Assembly: GCF_009914755.1 (NCBI RefSeq)
Contig: NC_060946.1
Reading direction: 5' to 3' (one strand)
Source of the DNA: the human T2T-CHM13v2.0 reference genome, Homo sapiens
DNA: 64,000 nucleotides
The notes beneath the pieces are model-generated. The model saw only the letters and a list, made by a program, of their open reading frames with translations, made no database searches and had not been told where the DNA came from. Below, piece by piece: positions 32,861 through 45,154 of the stretch. The position numbers were made by a program, and so were the translations under genes. Positions within the stretch are counted from its first letter, which is position 1. Each line of letters begins with the position of its first letter.

Positions 32861-33028
32861 ACTGTGTACAGGTAAGGAGTTGACCTGTGGGGAGGGTGAG
32901 CAGTCAGCAGCCCACTGGGGTCCTGAGAAAGTTTTCTGGAAGGAGGAGGCCGAGGGGATGGAAACTTAAAGAAGCGACCTCACTTCCTTGCCAACAGACC
33001 CTAACAGAACTAAGAATTCTGGTAACCA

Positions 33029-33601
33029 GGCCAGGCACGTTGGCTCACACCTGTAATCCCAGCACTTTGGGAGGCTGAGGCAGGAGGATCATGAAATCAG
33101 AAGATCAAGACCAGCCTGACCAACATGGTAAAACCACATGTCTACTAAAAATACAAAAAACAAACAAGGTCAGCAAATCGAGTCCATCCTGGCTAACACA
33201 GTGAAACCCCGTCTCTACTAAAAATACAAAAATTATCTGGGCATAGTGGTGGGTGCCAGTAGTCCCAGCTACTCAGGAGGCTGAGGCAGGAGAATGGCAT
33301 GAACTCAGGACCCAGAGCTTGCAGTGAGCCAAGATCTCGCCACTGCACTCCATCCAGCCTGGGGGACAGAGCGAGACTCTGTCTCAAAAAAACAAACAAA
33401 CAAACAAACAAACAAACACAAAAAAACTAGCCAGGTGTCGTGGTGTGTGTCTCATGCCTGTAATCCCAGCTACTCAGGAGACGGAGGCAGGAGAAGTGAT
33501 TGAACCCAGTAGGCGGATGTTGCACTGAGCCGAGATCATGCCACTGCACTCCAGCCTGGCCAACAGAATGAGACTATGTCTCAAAAAAAAAAAAAAAAGA
33601 A
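33029..33601 (+). mobile_element. Nested Alus: 5'-truncated AluY-like (about 33166-33428) inside the A-rich linker of an older Alu
   Basis: Left arm, inserted Alu, right arm; outer TSD aagaattc(tgg/caa)taacca at 33012-33028 and 33602-33618. Confidence 0.85.
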
Positions 33602-33843
33602 AAGAATTCCAATAACCAGGCACCCACATCCTAGAGTTAGCCCCGTAGCCAGCTCACTTGGTGGGAGACACTCAAGAGAGCAAGATGTTGTGCTGCATCC
33701 CCACATCTCCAGGCTCTGGCTTCAGGAATGGCAGAAGTGAGAGCCTTTCTTTGCTGATGACGCCCTTGTAGGCTCATCCCTCACCCCAGATGCCTCTGGC
33801 CATTTGGCAGAAGCCCCCCCCCCCCCAGGTACCACAGGACAGG

Positions 33844-34318
33844 AGTCACCAGGTAGACATCAGGCCCCAGATAGACACCAAGGTCCCAGATGTACAGCAG
33901 GCACCAACTGAACCCCAGACTCATGTGGACATCAGGCCACAGGTAGACACCAAGCCTTAGGTAGATACCTAACTTCAGGTAGACATCAGACCCCAGGTGG
34001 ACACCCAGTCCCCAGGTGGACAATCAGGCCCCAGGCACACATCAGGCCTTAAGTGGACACCCAGGCCCCAAGTTGATATCTGGCTCCCAGGTGATCACAA
34101 AGCCCCAGGTAGACACCAGGCCATAGGTGAGCAACAGGATGCAGTAGATCATCAGGCCACAGCTGGATACCAGTCCCCAGTGAACACAAGGCCCCAGTGG
34201 GACACAGATCTAAGGCAGACATCAAGCCCCAGGTGGACGTACAGGCCTGAGGTGGAATTCACCCTGAGGGGGACATTCGGCCCCAGGTGCGCATCAGGCC
34301 TCAGGTGAATAACCAGTC
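33844..34318 (+). repeat. 475-bp direct copy of minisatellite segment 32207-32681
   Basis: Same idiosyncratic variant units (gagcaacaggatgcagtagatcatc, ggaattcaccctgagggggacattcgg) with few substitutions. Confidence 0.95.
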
Positions 34319-34444
34319 TATATATATATATATATATTATATATATCTATATATATTGTGTTGGATATATATATCTATATCTATATATCTATATATCTAT
34401 ATATATGTATATCTATATATATCTATATTTATCTATATATATTG
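34319..34444. repeat. (TA)n-rich simple repeat
   Basis: tatatatata..tctatatatc with an embedded tgtgttggat repeated just after. Confidence 0.95.
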
Positions 34445-34454
34445 TGTTGGATAA

Positions 34455-36706
34455 ATCCAACAGCACATTAAAAATTTAATTCACCATGATCAATTGAGTT
34501 TTATTCTAGAAATGCTAGGATGATTCAACATATGCAAATCAATAAATGTGATTCATCACATAAAGTTAAAAACAAAAACCACAGGATCATTTCAATTGAT
34601 GTTGAAAAGACAATCATAAAATAGGAGAAAATATTTGTAAACTATCCATCTGACAAGGGATTAACAACTAGAATATATAAGGAGCTCAAACAACTCTATA
34701 GAAAAAATCTGATCATCCAATTTAAAAATGGGCAAAAGATCTTGCTCAAAAGAAGACATATAAATGGCAAACAGGCATGTGAAAAAGTGCTCAACATCAT
34801 TGCTCATCAGAGAAATGCAAACCAAAACTACAAGACGAATCATCTAACCCTAGTTAAGATGGCTTATATCCAAAAGACAGGCAGTAAGAAATACTGGCTA
34901 GGATGTGGAGAAAAGGGAACCCACTATTGGTGGGAATGTAAATTAGTACAATTACTATGGAGAACAGTTTGGAGGTTTCTCAGAAAAAAAACAAAAACAA
35001 AAATAGAGCTACCATATGACCCAGCAATGCCATTGGTAGGTATATATACGAAAGAAAGGAAATCAGGATATCTGAGAGATACCTGCACTCCCATGCATAT
35101 TGCAGCACTATTCACAATAGCCATGATTTGGAAGCAACCTGTGTGTCCATGAACAGATGAATAAATAAAGAAAATGTGGTTAATATACACAATAGAGTAA
35201 TATACAGCCATGAAAAAGAATGAGATCCTGTTATCTGCAACAACATGGATAGAACTGGAGGTTATTATGTTAAATAAAATAAGCCAGGGACAGAAAGACA
35301 AATTTTCCATGTTCTCACTTATTTGTGGGAGCTAAAACTTAAAATAACTGGATTTATGGAGATAGAGAATAGAGTAATGGTTACCAGAGATGGAAGAATA
35401 GTAGGGTTAAGGGGAAGAATGAATAATCGGCATAAAAATACAGTTAGATAGAATAAGTAAGATCTAGTATTTGATAGAACAACAAGGTGACTATAGCCAA
35501 ACATAATTTATAGTACATTTAAAAATAACTAAAAGAGCATAATTGCATTGTTTGTAACACAAAGAAAGGGTAAATGTTTGAAGTGATGGATACCCCATTT
35601 ACCGTGATGTAATTATTATACATCGTATGCCCGTAGAAAAATATCTCATGTACCCCATAAACATATACAGTCAGTGTGTACCCATAAAAATTTAAAAAGG
35701 AAAATATAAAATAAACAACCTGATATTACAACTCTAGTATCTAATAAAAAAAGAACAAACTAAACCCAAAGTCAGCAGAAGGAAAGAAATAACAAGGATC
35801 TGAATAGAAATAAACAGAATAGAGACTAAAACTACAATAGAAAAGAACCCAATGTAATAAAGAGTATTTTTTTCAGAAGGATAAACAAATCAACAAGCCT
35901 TTAGCCAGACCAAGGAAAAAGGAGAAAGGACTCAAATATTAATACAATCAAAAGTGAAAAGGGAGACATTACAACTGATACCACAGAAATATAAAAGCTC
36001 ATAAGAAAAAAAGCTCATAAGAGAGTACTATGAAAAATTGTACAGTAACAAATTGAATAAAGCAGAAGAAATAAATAAATTCCAAGATACATGCAAGATA
36101 CCAAGACTGAATCATGAAGAAAAAGTAAGTACGAACAGACCAAAAATGAATAAGATTGAATTGTAATAAAGTCTCCCATCAAAGAGAAGCCCAGAATAGC
36201 TTTACTGTTGTATTCTACCAAACATTTAAATAATTAGCAATCCTCAAACTCTTCCAAAAAAAATCTAAGAGGAAGGAATACTTCACTTCCAAACTTTTTT
36301 TACATGGCCAACATTACTCTGATACCAAAGTCAGCCAAGAACAAGAAAAAGAAAAGAAAAGAAAAATTACAGGCCAATATCCCTGATGAACATAGATGCA
36401 AGAATCCTCAATCAAATACTAGCACACTGAATTCAACAGCACATTAAAAAGATAACTTACCATGCTCAAGTGGATTTACCCCAAGGATACAAGGTGGATC
36501 AACATACATAAATCTATAAATGTGATATACAACATTAACAAAATGAAGCCCCAAAATTATATAATCATCTAATTAGATGCAGAAATGGCATTTGAAAAAT
36601 TCAACATTGTTTCATGAAAAGATTCTCAACAGAGTTGGTTTAGAAGAAATATACTTCAACACAATAAAGACCATGTATTACAAGCCTACAGCTCACATTA
36701 TACTCA
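34455..36706 (+). mobile_element. L1MA-type fragments: ORF2 end and 3'UTR to about 35715, then another ORF2 fragment
   Basis: IELPYDPAMPLVGIY motif, L1M 3'UTR gatagaataagtaagatctagtatttgatag, A-rich tail. Confidence 0.85.
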
Positions 36707-36707
36707 A

Positions 36708-37118
36708 TGTACCCTCCAAATCTCAGGATGAATTGTGATCCCCAGTGTCAGAGGGGGTGCCTGGTGGGAGGTGTCTGTGTTATGGAGGTGAATCCCTCAT
36801 GGGATGGTGATGGTATCCAACCCAACCCTCAGGAATGGGTTTGCATTTTACCCGTAGTAGAGTTACCATCAGATCTGTTGGTTAAAAAGAGTGTGGGACA
36901 ACCCCCTCCCCACCTTTCTCCCTCTCTTGCCATGTGACACACCTGCTCCCCCTTTGCTTTCTTCAATGAGTAAAAGCTTCCCTAGGCTTCAGAAGCTAAG
37001 AAGATGCTGATGCCACGCTTGTACTGACTGCAGGACCATGAGCCAAATAAACCTCTTTTCTTTATAAATTACTCAGTCTCAGGTATTCCTTTATAGCAAT
37101 GTAAAATGGACTAAAACA
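36708..37118 (+). mobile_element. MST-family (MaLR) LTR
   Basis: cctggtgggaggtg, atgagccaaataaacctcttttctttataaattactcagtctcaggtattcctttatagcaatg..ctaaaaca. Confidence 0.87.
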
Positions 37119-37525
37119 AATGTTATTGGTGATTTATGCAATGGCCATTTTAAGGGTGTGGTGGGGGGAAGCCATATTTAAATATATTAGAGGTGAGAAA
37201 GACATGAGGAAAAGATGAAGATTCCTTACGGTCTCTCAAGTATGGCAGTCATGCTCCTGCCTTGTGGCCCGTATACATGCCATCTCCTCTGCCTGGAATG
37301 CTCTTTTCCCAGATATTTATGTTTCTTTCCCCCACACTCCCTTCAAATCTTTGACCAAATATCACCTTTTCAGTGAGGCCTTTCCTGACTAGCTATTGAA
37401 AATTCCACCCAGGGGAATTGAGAGATATCGGTCAAAAGGTACAATGTTTCAGCTAAACAGGATGAATAAGTTTTGGAGATCTACTGTACAACATAGTGAC
37501 TGTAGTTAATAGTCATGTGTTATAC

Positions 37526-37858
37526 CATTGTCCCTAAATATCTGCAATATCTGGGGGGTGATTTGTTCCAGGACTCCCCAAGGACACCGAAATCCTGGGA
37601 TGTTCAAGTCCCTTATATAAAATGATGTAATTTTATATTTGCATGTAACCTATGCATATTCTTCCATACACTTTAAATCATCTATAGATTACTTATAATA
37701 CTAATAAAATATAAATGTTTTATAAATAGTTGTTATAACGTATTTTTTTTATTTTTACTGCTTTTATTGTATTTTTTGTGGGTTTTTTGTCCTAATAGTT
37801 TCTATCCAGTTGGTTGGATGCCTGAATGTGGAACTCATGGAAACATAGGGCCAAAAGT
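37526..37858 (+). mobile_element. MER2-like Tigger MITE nested in an L1M 3'UTR
   Basis: ttccaggac..caagtcccttatataaaatg..tacactttaaatcatctatagattacttataatac. Confidence 0.8.
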
Positions 37859-39712
37859 ATACTTGAAGTTTTTAGAAGAGATTTTAAATGTTCTCATACA
37901 ATAAAATGAAAGTATGTGGAAGTGATAAATATGTTAGTTTGAATTAATCGTTTCACCATGTATACATATCAAAAAATCATCTTGTATGCCACAAATACAT
38001 ACAGTTTTTAAAATATAAAATAAAAAATATTCAATCACCTATTATAAAGCAAGCACATATTGAACAAGTGCCAAGTTAATCTCATATACTGGATAATGAT
38101 TCCATGGAAAGTAGCCTTGCTTAATTGGGAAAAGACCCAAGTGACAGAGTAGCTCCCTATGGAAAATTGTAACTGGTTTAAGTGACAGCTTAAACTCCAG
38201 AATGTCTCACCAAACAGTCAAATATATCTCTGCTCATAAGTATATTTCTCAATGAATTGTTATCAACTGATACTCCTGTGTAAAGGTACCTAGTTCAAGA
38301 AACTGAATATTATCAGCATCCCAAAATCCCAACCTTTTCATTGAGGCTTTCCCTAACTACCTATTGAAAATTGCGCCCAGGGGATATGGGGAGACGTTTG
38401 TCAAAGGGTACAATGTTTCAGCTAAAAAGGATGAATAAGTTCTGGATATCTACTGTACACCATTAACCTTAAGAGAGATCTCAAAAAGGAAAAGAACTCA
38501 CACACAAAAAAATTGCTGTAAAGGATACACATGAAAGACATAGAAGGGAGGTGGAGGGAATGCAGAGAGCTGTGGGCTGAGTCTGAGCCTCAAGGCTTTT
38601 TCAGCATAAAACACCGCAAAGACTGTTGATAAGCAAGCCTGTCCCCCATTTACTAAGCTTAGGCAATTAACTTTATGTGTCAAAATTTTATCAGTACCCA
38701 ACACTGATTTAAGGACTCAACACTCTGAATTGAGAAAACCTAAAGTACAAAAAGTTACCTCAAAGGTAGGTGAGACTCTCTAACCGCTCAAATATATGTC
38801 TTCAATGTGTTCTAATTGCAAATTACTTACAATTTGGCACAACATATTGGGAGAGAGGAGTAGTGGAATGGTAAAAATCAAACCTAACTTCAAAATATTG
38901 TAAATTATGGTTCTAAGATCAATCTTAATGACCCAATATGTGCAATGAGGCTCTTCTCTTCCTCCTCCATGTTACAGATGGGAACACGAAAGACTAAGCC
39001 ATTCACATTACCCTAGGGAAGGCAGAGGGAAAGGGCAGTCCAGGTGTCCTGAACTGTACTGCTCACAGGGGAGGCCTGGCCCACCACTAAGTCTGGATAC
39101 TTCCAAACCTATCCTTACATGAAAACAATATCTGGGGACCATTTCATTCTAATTGGTTTCGGGTCCTAGTTTCTGCCCAGTGGTCAAATCCAGAAACCCA
39201 GTCAGGACCTAGTTTCAATGAGTGGCTCTGAGCTTAGCTAATTAATGGCTTCCTGGCCCAAGAAAGGCTTCCTGTTTTTGTTTGTTTAATTAATTGTTTG
39301 CTATTGCGCTAAAATACTTTGTCTTACCTGACAATGAGTGAGCTCAGGATTATCTTGGCACATTTGGTTATGTGGTTTGAGCCCTCCCAGAGTGTTAATT
39401 GTCTACCAGCTACCCATTAAAGTTTAATACGGCAGAAGACAATGAGCTTACTAGAGATGTCACAGAGCCTTTGTTGCCATGGCAATAATTGTTGGACCAG
39501 ATCACAGAGAAGGAAGTAAGAGACAAGAAAGAGAAAGGTGCAGGAAAAGCTGAAGCATAATAGTTTTTTAAAATACTCTCTAAACTTATAATGGAGTAAT
39601 GTGTTTAAATTTGTGGGGGAAACCACTTTATGAGAAAGGCTGATTTTCCAACATCCTCTTAAAGAGATATGGTTTTGGTTTTATGGAAGAATGGTTTCTA
39701 AGCTACATTTCA

Positions 39713-39716
<4 letters not shown>

Positions 39717-39747
<31 letters not shown>

Positions 39748-40027
39748 CGGAGTCTCGCACTGTCACCCAGGCTGGAGTGCAGTGGTGCGACTTCGGCTCA
39801 CTGCAACTTCCGCCTCCCAGGTTCAAATGATTCTCCTTGCCTCAGCATCCCAAGTAGCTGGGATTACAGGCACCCGCCACCATGCCTGGCTAGTTTGTTT
39901 TGTATTTTTAGTAGAGACCAGGTTTCCCTATGTTGGCCAGGCTGGTCTCGAACTCCTGACCTCATGATCCGCCCGCCTCAGCCTCCCAAAGTGCTGGGAT
40001 TACAGGTGTGAGCCACCATGCTCGGCC
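39717..40027 (-). mobile_element. Alu (AluS-like) with 13-bp TSD
   Basis: TSD tacatttcatctt at 39704-39716 and 40028-40040. Confidence 0.95.
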
Positions 40028-40984
40028 TACATTTCATCTTAAAATAAAAGTAAACGAATTGGGATTAATTTGGAAGCACACTGACTACTATAATACCAAG
40101 AAGTTCGTACGAAGGCAGATAGATAGCCATTAAAATGGCAGAAATTCAACAAAATTTTTAATAGATGATTGTGTCAGTGAGAAATAGTTTTGATGTGCAG
40201 TATGAAACCTCAAATATTCCAGGGGCTCCTGCAAAGTGTAAACTTGTAGTATCCTTGACTTAGAACTGAAAGAACAGCAGGATTGGAGGTGGGTGAAAGA
40301 AAGAACCTAGTGATCTAGGTAATGTCACTTTGGATAACATTTGCTCTAAATTGCTCCCAGCATCAGTGAGTAGAGCTTGGGAGGAGTGAGTGTGTATTTC
40401 AAAGCCCAGGGCTTCAGTCAGTGTGAATGAGACAATGAGGATTATCCTGCCCTCTTGTGCTTCTGAGCCAACGTGCCAGGGCTTAAAGAGGAGAGGAAGG
40501 AAATGAAGAAGTCACAGAGTGCCTGATTGAAGAAGCAAAGTGCAGAAACACATCCTCCTCCCGCCTCCCTGTAGAAGTCAACCTCCCCCTTGACTGCCCA
40601 TCACTATCAGCATGGGATGGTGGTATATTTACTTAATTAGCTAAACGTGAATAGAGCTTAAAGTTTAGCCCTTAGGTGGGATTTTGCCGACATAGACTTC
40701 CTAGGACTTTTGTCCTATCACAGTGGCCTGTTGCACTGTGAGCTTCTTGTGTCAAAGGTTAATTAATCTTGTCTCTCTAGAGTCTAATGTTCAAATGCAT
40801 GTTCATTTAACTAGGCTGTTTATTAAGTATAGTGATTTAGTGACAAGATTATTTAAGAAAAAAGCCCCAAAGGTAACTTATATTGTTGACCAGAGTAAAT
40901 TAAAGGTGTAAACATTTAATAACACCTAGAAGCCATATTCAGAATAAGTATAATTTTTACTAGTTATTCTAATCTTTTGAAAGA

Positions 40985-41410
40985 AACATCACAGTTAGAA
41001 ATGAAAAAGACCATATTACCACTGACCCCACAGAAATAAAAAATAACCATCAGAAACTACTACAAACACCTCTATGCACACAAACTTGAAAACCTGTAAG
41101 AGATGGGGAACTTCCTGGACACACCAATAACGTGCTCCAAAATTGCATCTGTAATAAATAGCCTACCAACCAAAAAATATATATATTTTAAAAAGCTCAA
41201 GACTAGATGGATTCACAGCCAAATTCTACCAGATATGCAAAGAAGAGCCAGTACCATTTTTGCTGAAATGATTCCAAAAAAACTGAGGAGGAGGGACCCC
41301 TGTCCAACTCATTCTATGAGGCCAGCATCATCCTGATACCAAAACCTGGTAGAGACACAACAACAACAAAAAAAACTTCAAGCCAATATCATGGATGAAT
41401 ACTGATATAA
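40985..41410 (+). mobile_element. L1 ORF2 fragment with an internal deletion
   Basis: accactgaccccacagaaata, tatgaggccagcatcatcctgataccaaaacctgg. Confidence 0.8.
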
Positions 41411-41473
41411 GGCAGCTTGTGATTAGTATCATGACAAAGACACAAAGATGGTAAAATAAAAATGCAAGGATGG

Positions 41474-41763
41474 GGCTGGGTGCAGTGGCTCACGCCTGTA
41501 ATCCCAGCACTTCAGGAGGCCAAGGCAGGTGGATGACAAGGTCAAGAGATAGAGACCATCCTGGTCAACACGGTGAAACCCCGTTTGTACTAAAAATACA
41601 AAAATTAGCTGGGTGTGGTGGCGCATGCCTGCATTCCCAGCTACTCAGGAGGCTGAAGCAGAAGAATTGTTTGAACCTGGGAGGCAGAGGTTGCAGTGAG
41701 CTGAGATCATGACACTGCATTCAGCCTGGGGACAGAGCGAGATTCTGTCTCAAAAAAAAAAAA
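41474..41763 (+). mobile_element. Alu (AluSc-like)
   Basis: Dimeric Alu consensus with A-tail. Confidence 0.94.
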
Positions 41764-44173
41764 CACGCAACAATGGAAAATGTGCTTTGGTTAGGGGAAG
41801 AGAGGAAAACATTTTGGGAAAAAAAAATGTCTTTTGAACTGGACCTTGAAGGAGGGTTTGTACAGATGTAGATGGAGATAAATAGAATTCCAAATACAGA
41901 AAATGATCACAAAGAAGAGAACATAAGAAACTGAAGCTATTCAGAGAATGAAATGCTGTCTACTGTCTAATTTATCTGCAAAAGAGAGTAGGGAAAAATA
42001 ACACCAAGAAAGTCATTTGAAGTCAATTTGTGGAGAACTTGGGAACTTGAAATCATTGACAGCTTTTGAGCAGACGAGAATATCAAAGCTATGTTTTAGA
42101 AGTTTCTAAGTATTATGACTAAGTGATAATAAAGGTCTGAATAAACATTTTCCTCTGTAGTCTCTCAAAGTGGAAGTTTGCTTTTAGACAGATGTCTGTG
42201 GTCCTAGGGCATACATCCCTGATGTCCTCAACTACTTCACAGCACTTGGTATGAGCATTCACTCACACATGAGTGTTTAGTTACACTATGTTGGCCCCTA
42301 AATGTCATAAAGTAAAAATAGAAGAGATACTAATAAATACAAGTAAATACTTCTCTCTATTAATTGGGAAGTCACATGTTCCTCTGAAGTATTTCTGTTA
42401 ATTAACTTAAATGTTGCTACTTCTTATACTTTCTTCTCATATCTAAAGGATTCTGGCAAAAAAGTGCCATCCTTCTAAAAGTTATTTCTAAATTCTGTAA
42501 GTTTTTGTTCAATGTGTGACAATGTTGGAACCTCAGTATTTTCCTCACTGGGCTGTATATCCTCCAATATATGCACAGTAACACTTGAAATGTTCCTAAA
42601 CATTATGTCAAAACTTTTGGTAACATTTTGTATCTTATTTCTCCTCAGACTGTGTCTTCCAGAAGATTTTCTGGAATCCATCTGGTGGGCAAGCTCTTTG
42701 TAAATAATGATGCCTTAGAATAGTTGTCATTACTCTTTACTGATTCTTCAGAGAATATGTAATCATTAACTTTTTAAAGATTCATCTTGGAAGATAACTT
42801 TCCTAATGCTATAGAGGCTACATCCCAGGAGAATGTGAGTTTCATAAAGTGCATTTTTAATTTTGGGGCCGGCCACAATAAAACTCTGTCTAGCTGAAGA
42901 CATAATATGATTTATAAAATAAATCATTTAGAGATTTGGTTCCTGTCAAAACGATGATGGCTTCACCTTTTGAGCACTGCTGAGAATCATGACACTCCTG
43001 TGTCAATCCCTTTTCATTCCATAATTTCTTAATGTTGGTTTATTAATGATTCTGGTTGGAAGCCTATTAAAGAGACATATATTACTAAAAGAAGCACAAA
43101 CATAACTTCTAACTAGTCATACCAAAAGACTTCCCAGAGCACTGGTGTAGAGAGCAAGTTGGAAGAAAAACTTTTGAAAATTTGTGTTTCTGCTCAAAAT
43201 GTCCTCTTGACATCTAGGACTCACATCCCTCCATATTTCTGAGGAAAAGAAAAGTTTTTTCCAGGTAACTCAAATCCCTAATATATTTTTATAAGAATGT
43301 AGGAAGAAGGAAGTTTACCTATAACAAAATAAGTGTTTGATTTCTGTCATCTGGTAAAAATTTTCAATTTTAAAAAAAGCATATAAGGAAAATCAATCTC
43401 AAAATTTTATGAAATACCTTCAAAAGTAAAGTTTAATGTCTAGATCTTTGCAAACTTTTGTACATAATGACTAAATCAATATTATATTGATTTTATCAAT
43501 ATAATAATCACTATATCAGTTTATGAAATTAAGGTAAAAGATTAATCAGAAGCTTAAAGCCTTTGCTTTCTACAGAAAACATTGCAGCTTTACAATATTA
43601 ATATTAAAAATCAATATTGGTGAGTAACATTAGATAATCACTTAAGCTAACAACAGCAGCAATAGAAATTCAGAGATAATGGCTTTAACGTGATTGCTAC
43701 CAATTTATTTTAAAATATGTGCATTTCTTTTGCATATGTAAATAATGTTAAGTAATATGTTTAGCTGAAATGTAAATGGTCAAAACTTTCTTTACTGAGT
43801 CTATTGCACCATAAGTTGGGTTTGCAGTAAGAAACTAACACATTTGTGCCTTCTCAAAGTACTAACTTTGAGTTGTATGCTATCCAGAAACTATATTCAA
43901 TCATTTCTGTCTCAAAATAATGACCTTACAAAAGGAATTTAACTTTACCTAGTTCTATCACGATTGCATATTAAGGAGAGATTTAGAAGATGGCAGAAGT
44001 TTGTTTTTGTTCAATCAGCTACCTACGAAGCCCAAAACTCATATACTGTATAGCCGAGAAAAAGTAAACTACATTCTCTTCCTAATTATTCTTTTGAAAA
44101 ATGACTTCATGTTCATTATCTTCTCTTCATTCTTAAAAAAGGAACACATTTTATAAAAGAGTCCTGACTGATA

Positions 44174-45154
44174 ATGTGTCCCTTGACCTTGCAGGTCACT
44201 GGCCTAATGAATGTCTCTGAGCCAAATTCCAGCTTTGCTTTTGTAAATGAATTTATACTCCAAGGTTTCTCTTGTGAGTGGACAATTCAGATCTTCCTCT
44301 TCTCACTCTTTACTACAACATATGCACTGACTATAACAGGGAATGGAGCCATTGCTTTTGTCCTGTGGTGTGACCGGCGACTTCACACTCCCATGTACAT
44401 GTTCCTGGGAAATTTCTCCTTTTTAGAGATATGGTATGTCTCTTCTACAGTTCCCAAGATGTTGGTCAACTTCCTTTCAGAGAAAAAAAACATCTCCTTT
44501 GCTGGATGTTTTCTCCAGTTTTATTTCTTCTTCTCTTTGGGTACATCAGAATGCTTGCTTTTGACTGTGATGGCCTTTGATCAGTACCTTGCTATCTGCC
44601 GTCCCTTGCTCTATCCTAATATCATGACTGGGCATCTCTATGCCAAACTGGTCATACTGTGCTGGGTTTGTGGATTTCTGTGGTTCCTGATCCCCATTGT
44701 TCTCATCTCTCAGATGCCCTTCTGTGGCCCAAACATTATTGACCATGTTGTGTGTGACCCAGGGCCACGATTTGCATTGGATTGTGTTTCTGCCCCAAGA
44801 ATCCAACTGTTTTGCTACACTCTAAGCTCATTAGTTATTTTTGGTAACTTCCTCTTTATTATTGGATCCTATACTCTTGTCCTGAAAGCTATGTTGGGTA
44901 TGCCTTCAAGCACTGGGAGACATAAGGTCTTCTCTACCTGTGGGTCTCATTTGGCTGTGGTATCACTGTGCTATAGCTCTCTTATGGTCATGTATGTGAG
45001 CCCAGGACTCGGACATTCTACAGGGATGCAGAAAATTGAAACTTTGTTCTATGCTATGGTGACCCCACTCTTCAATCCCCTTATCTATAGCCTCCAGAAT
45101 AAGGAGATAAAGGCAGCCCTGAGGAAAGTTCTGGGGAGTTCCAACATAATCTAA
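44174..45154 (+). CDS. OR11H1: Olfactory receptor family 11 subfamily H (OR11H1 or a near-identical paralogue); probable true start at 44207
   Basis: Single-exon 326-aa 7TM ORF with OR motifs LHTPMY, MAFDQYLAICRPL, FSTCGSHL, PLFNPLIYSL. The N-terminus MCPLTLQVTGLMNVSEPNSS matches my recollection of the OR11H1/H2/H12 group; paralogue identity needs alignment. Confidence 0.88.
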   Translation: MCPLTLQVTGLMNVSEPNSSFAFVNEFILQGFSCEWTIQIFLFSLFTTTYALTITGNGAIAFVLWCDRRLHTPMYMFLGNFSFLEIWYVSSTVPKMLVNFLSEKKNISFAGCFLQFYFFFSLGTSECLLLTVMAFDQYLAICRPLLYPNIMTGHLYAKLVILCWVCGFLWFLIPIVLISQMPFCGPNIIDHVVCDPGPRFALDCVSAPRIQLFCYTLSSLVIFGNFLFIIGSYTLVLKAMLGMPSSTGRHKVFSTCGSHLAVVSLCYSSLMVMYVSPGLGHSTGMQKIETLFYAMVTPLFNPLIYSLQNKEIKAALRKVLGSSNII

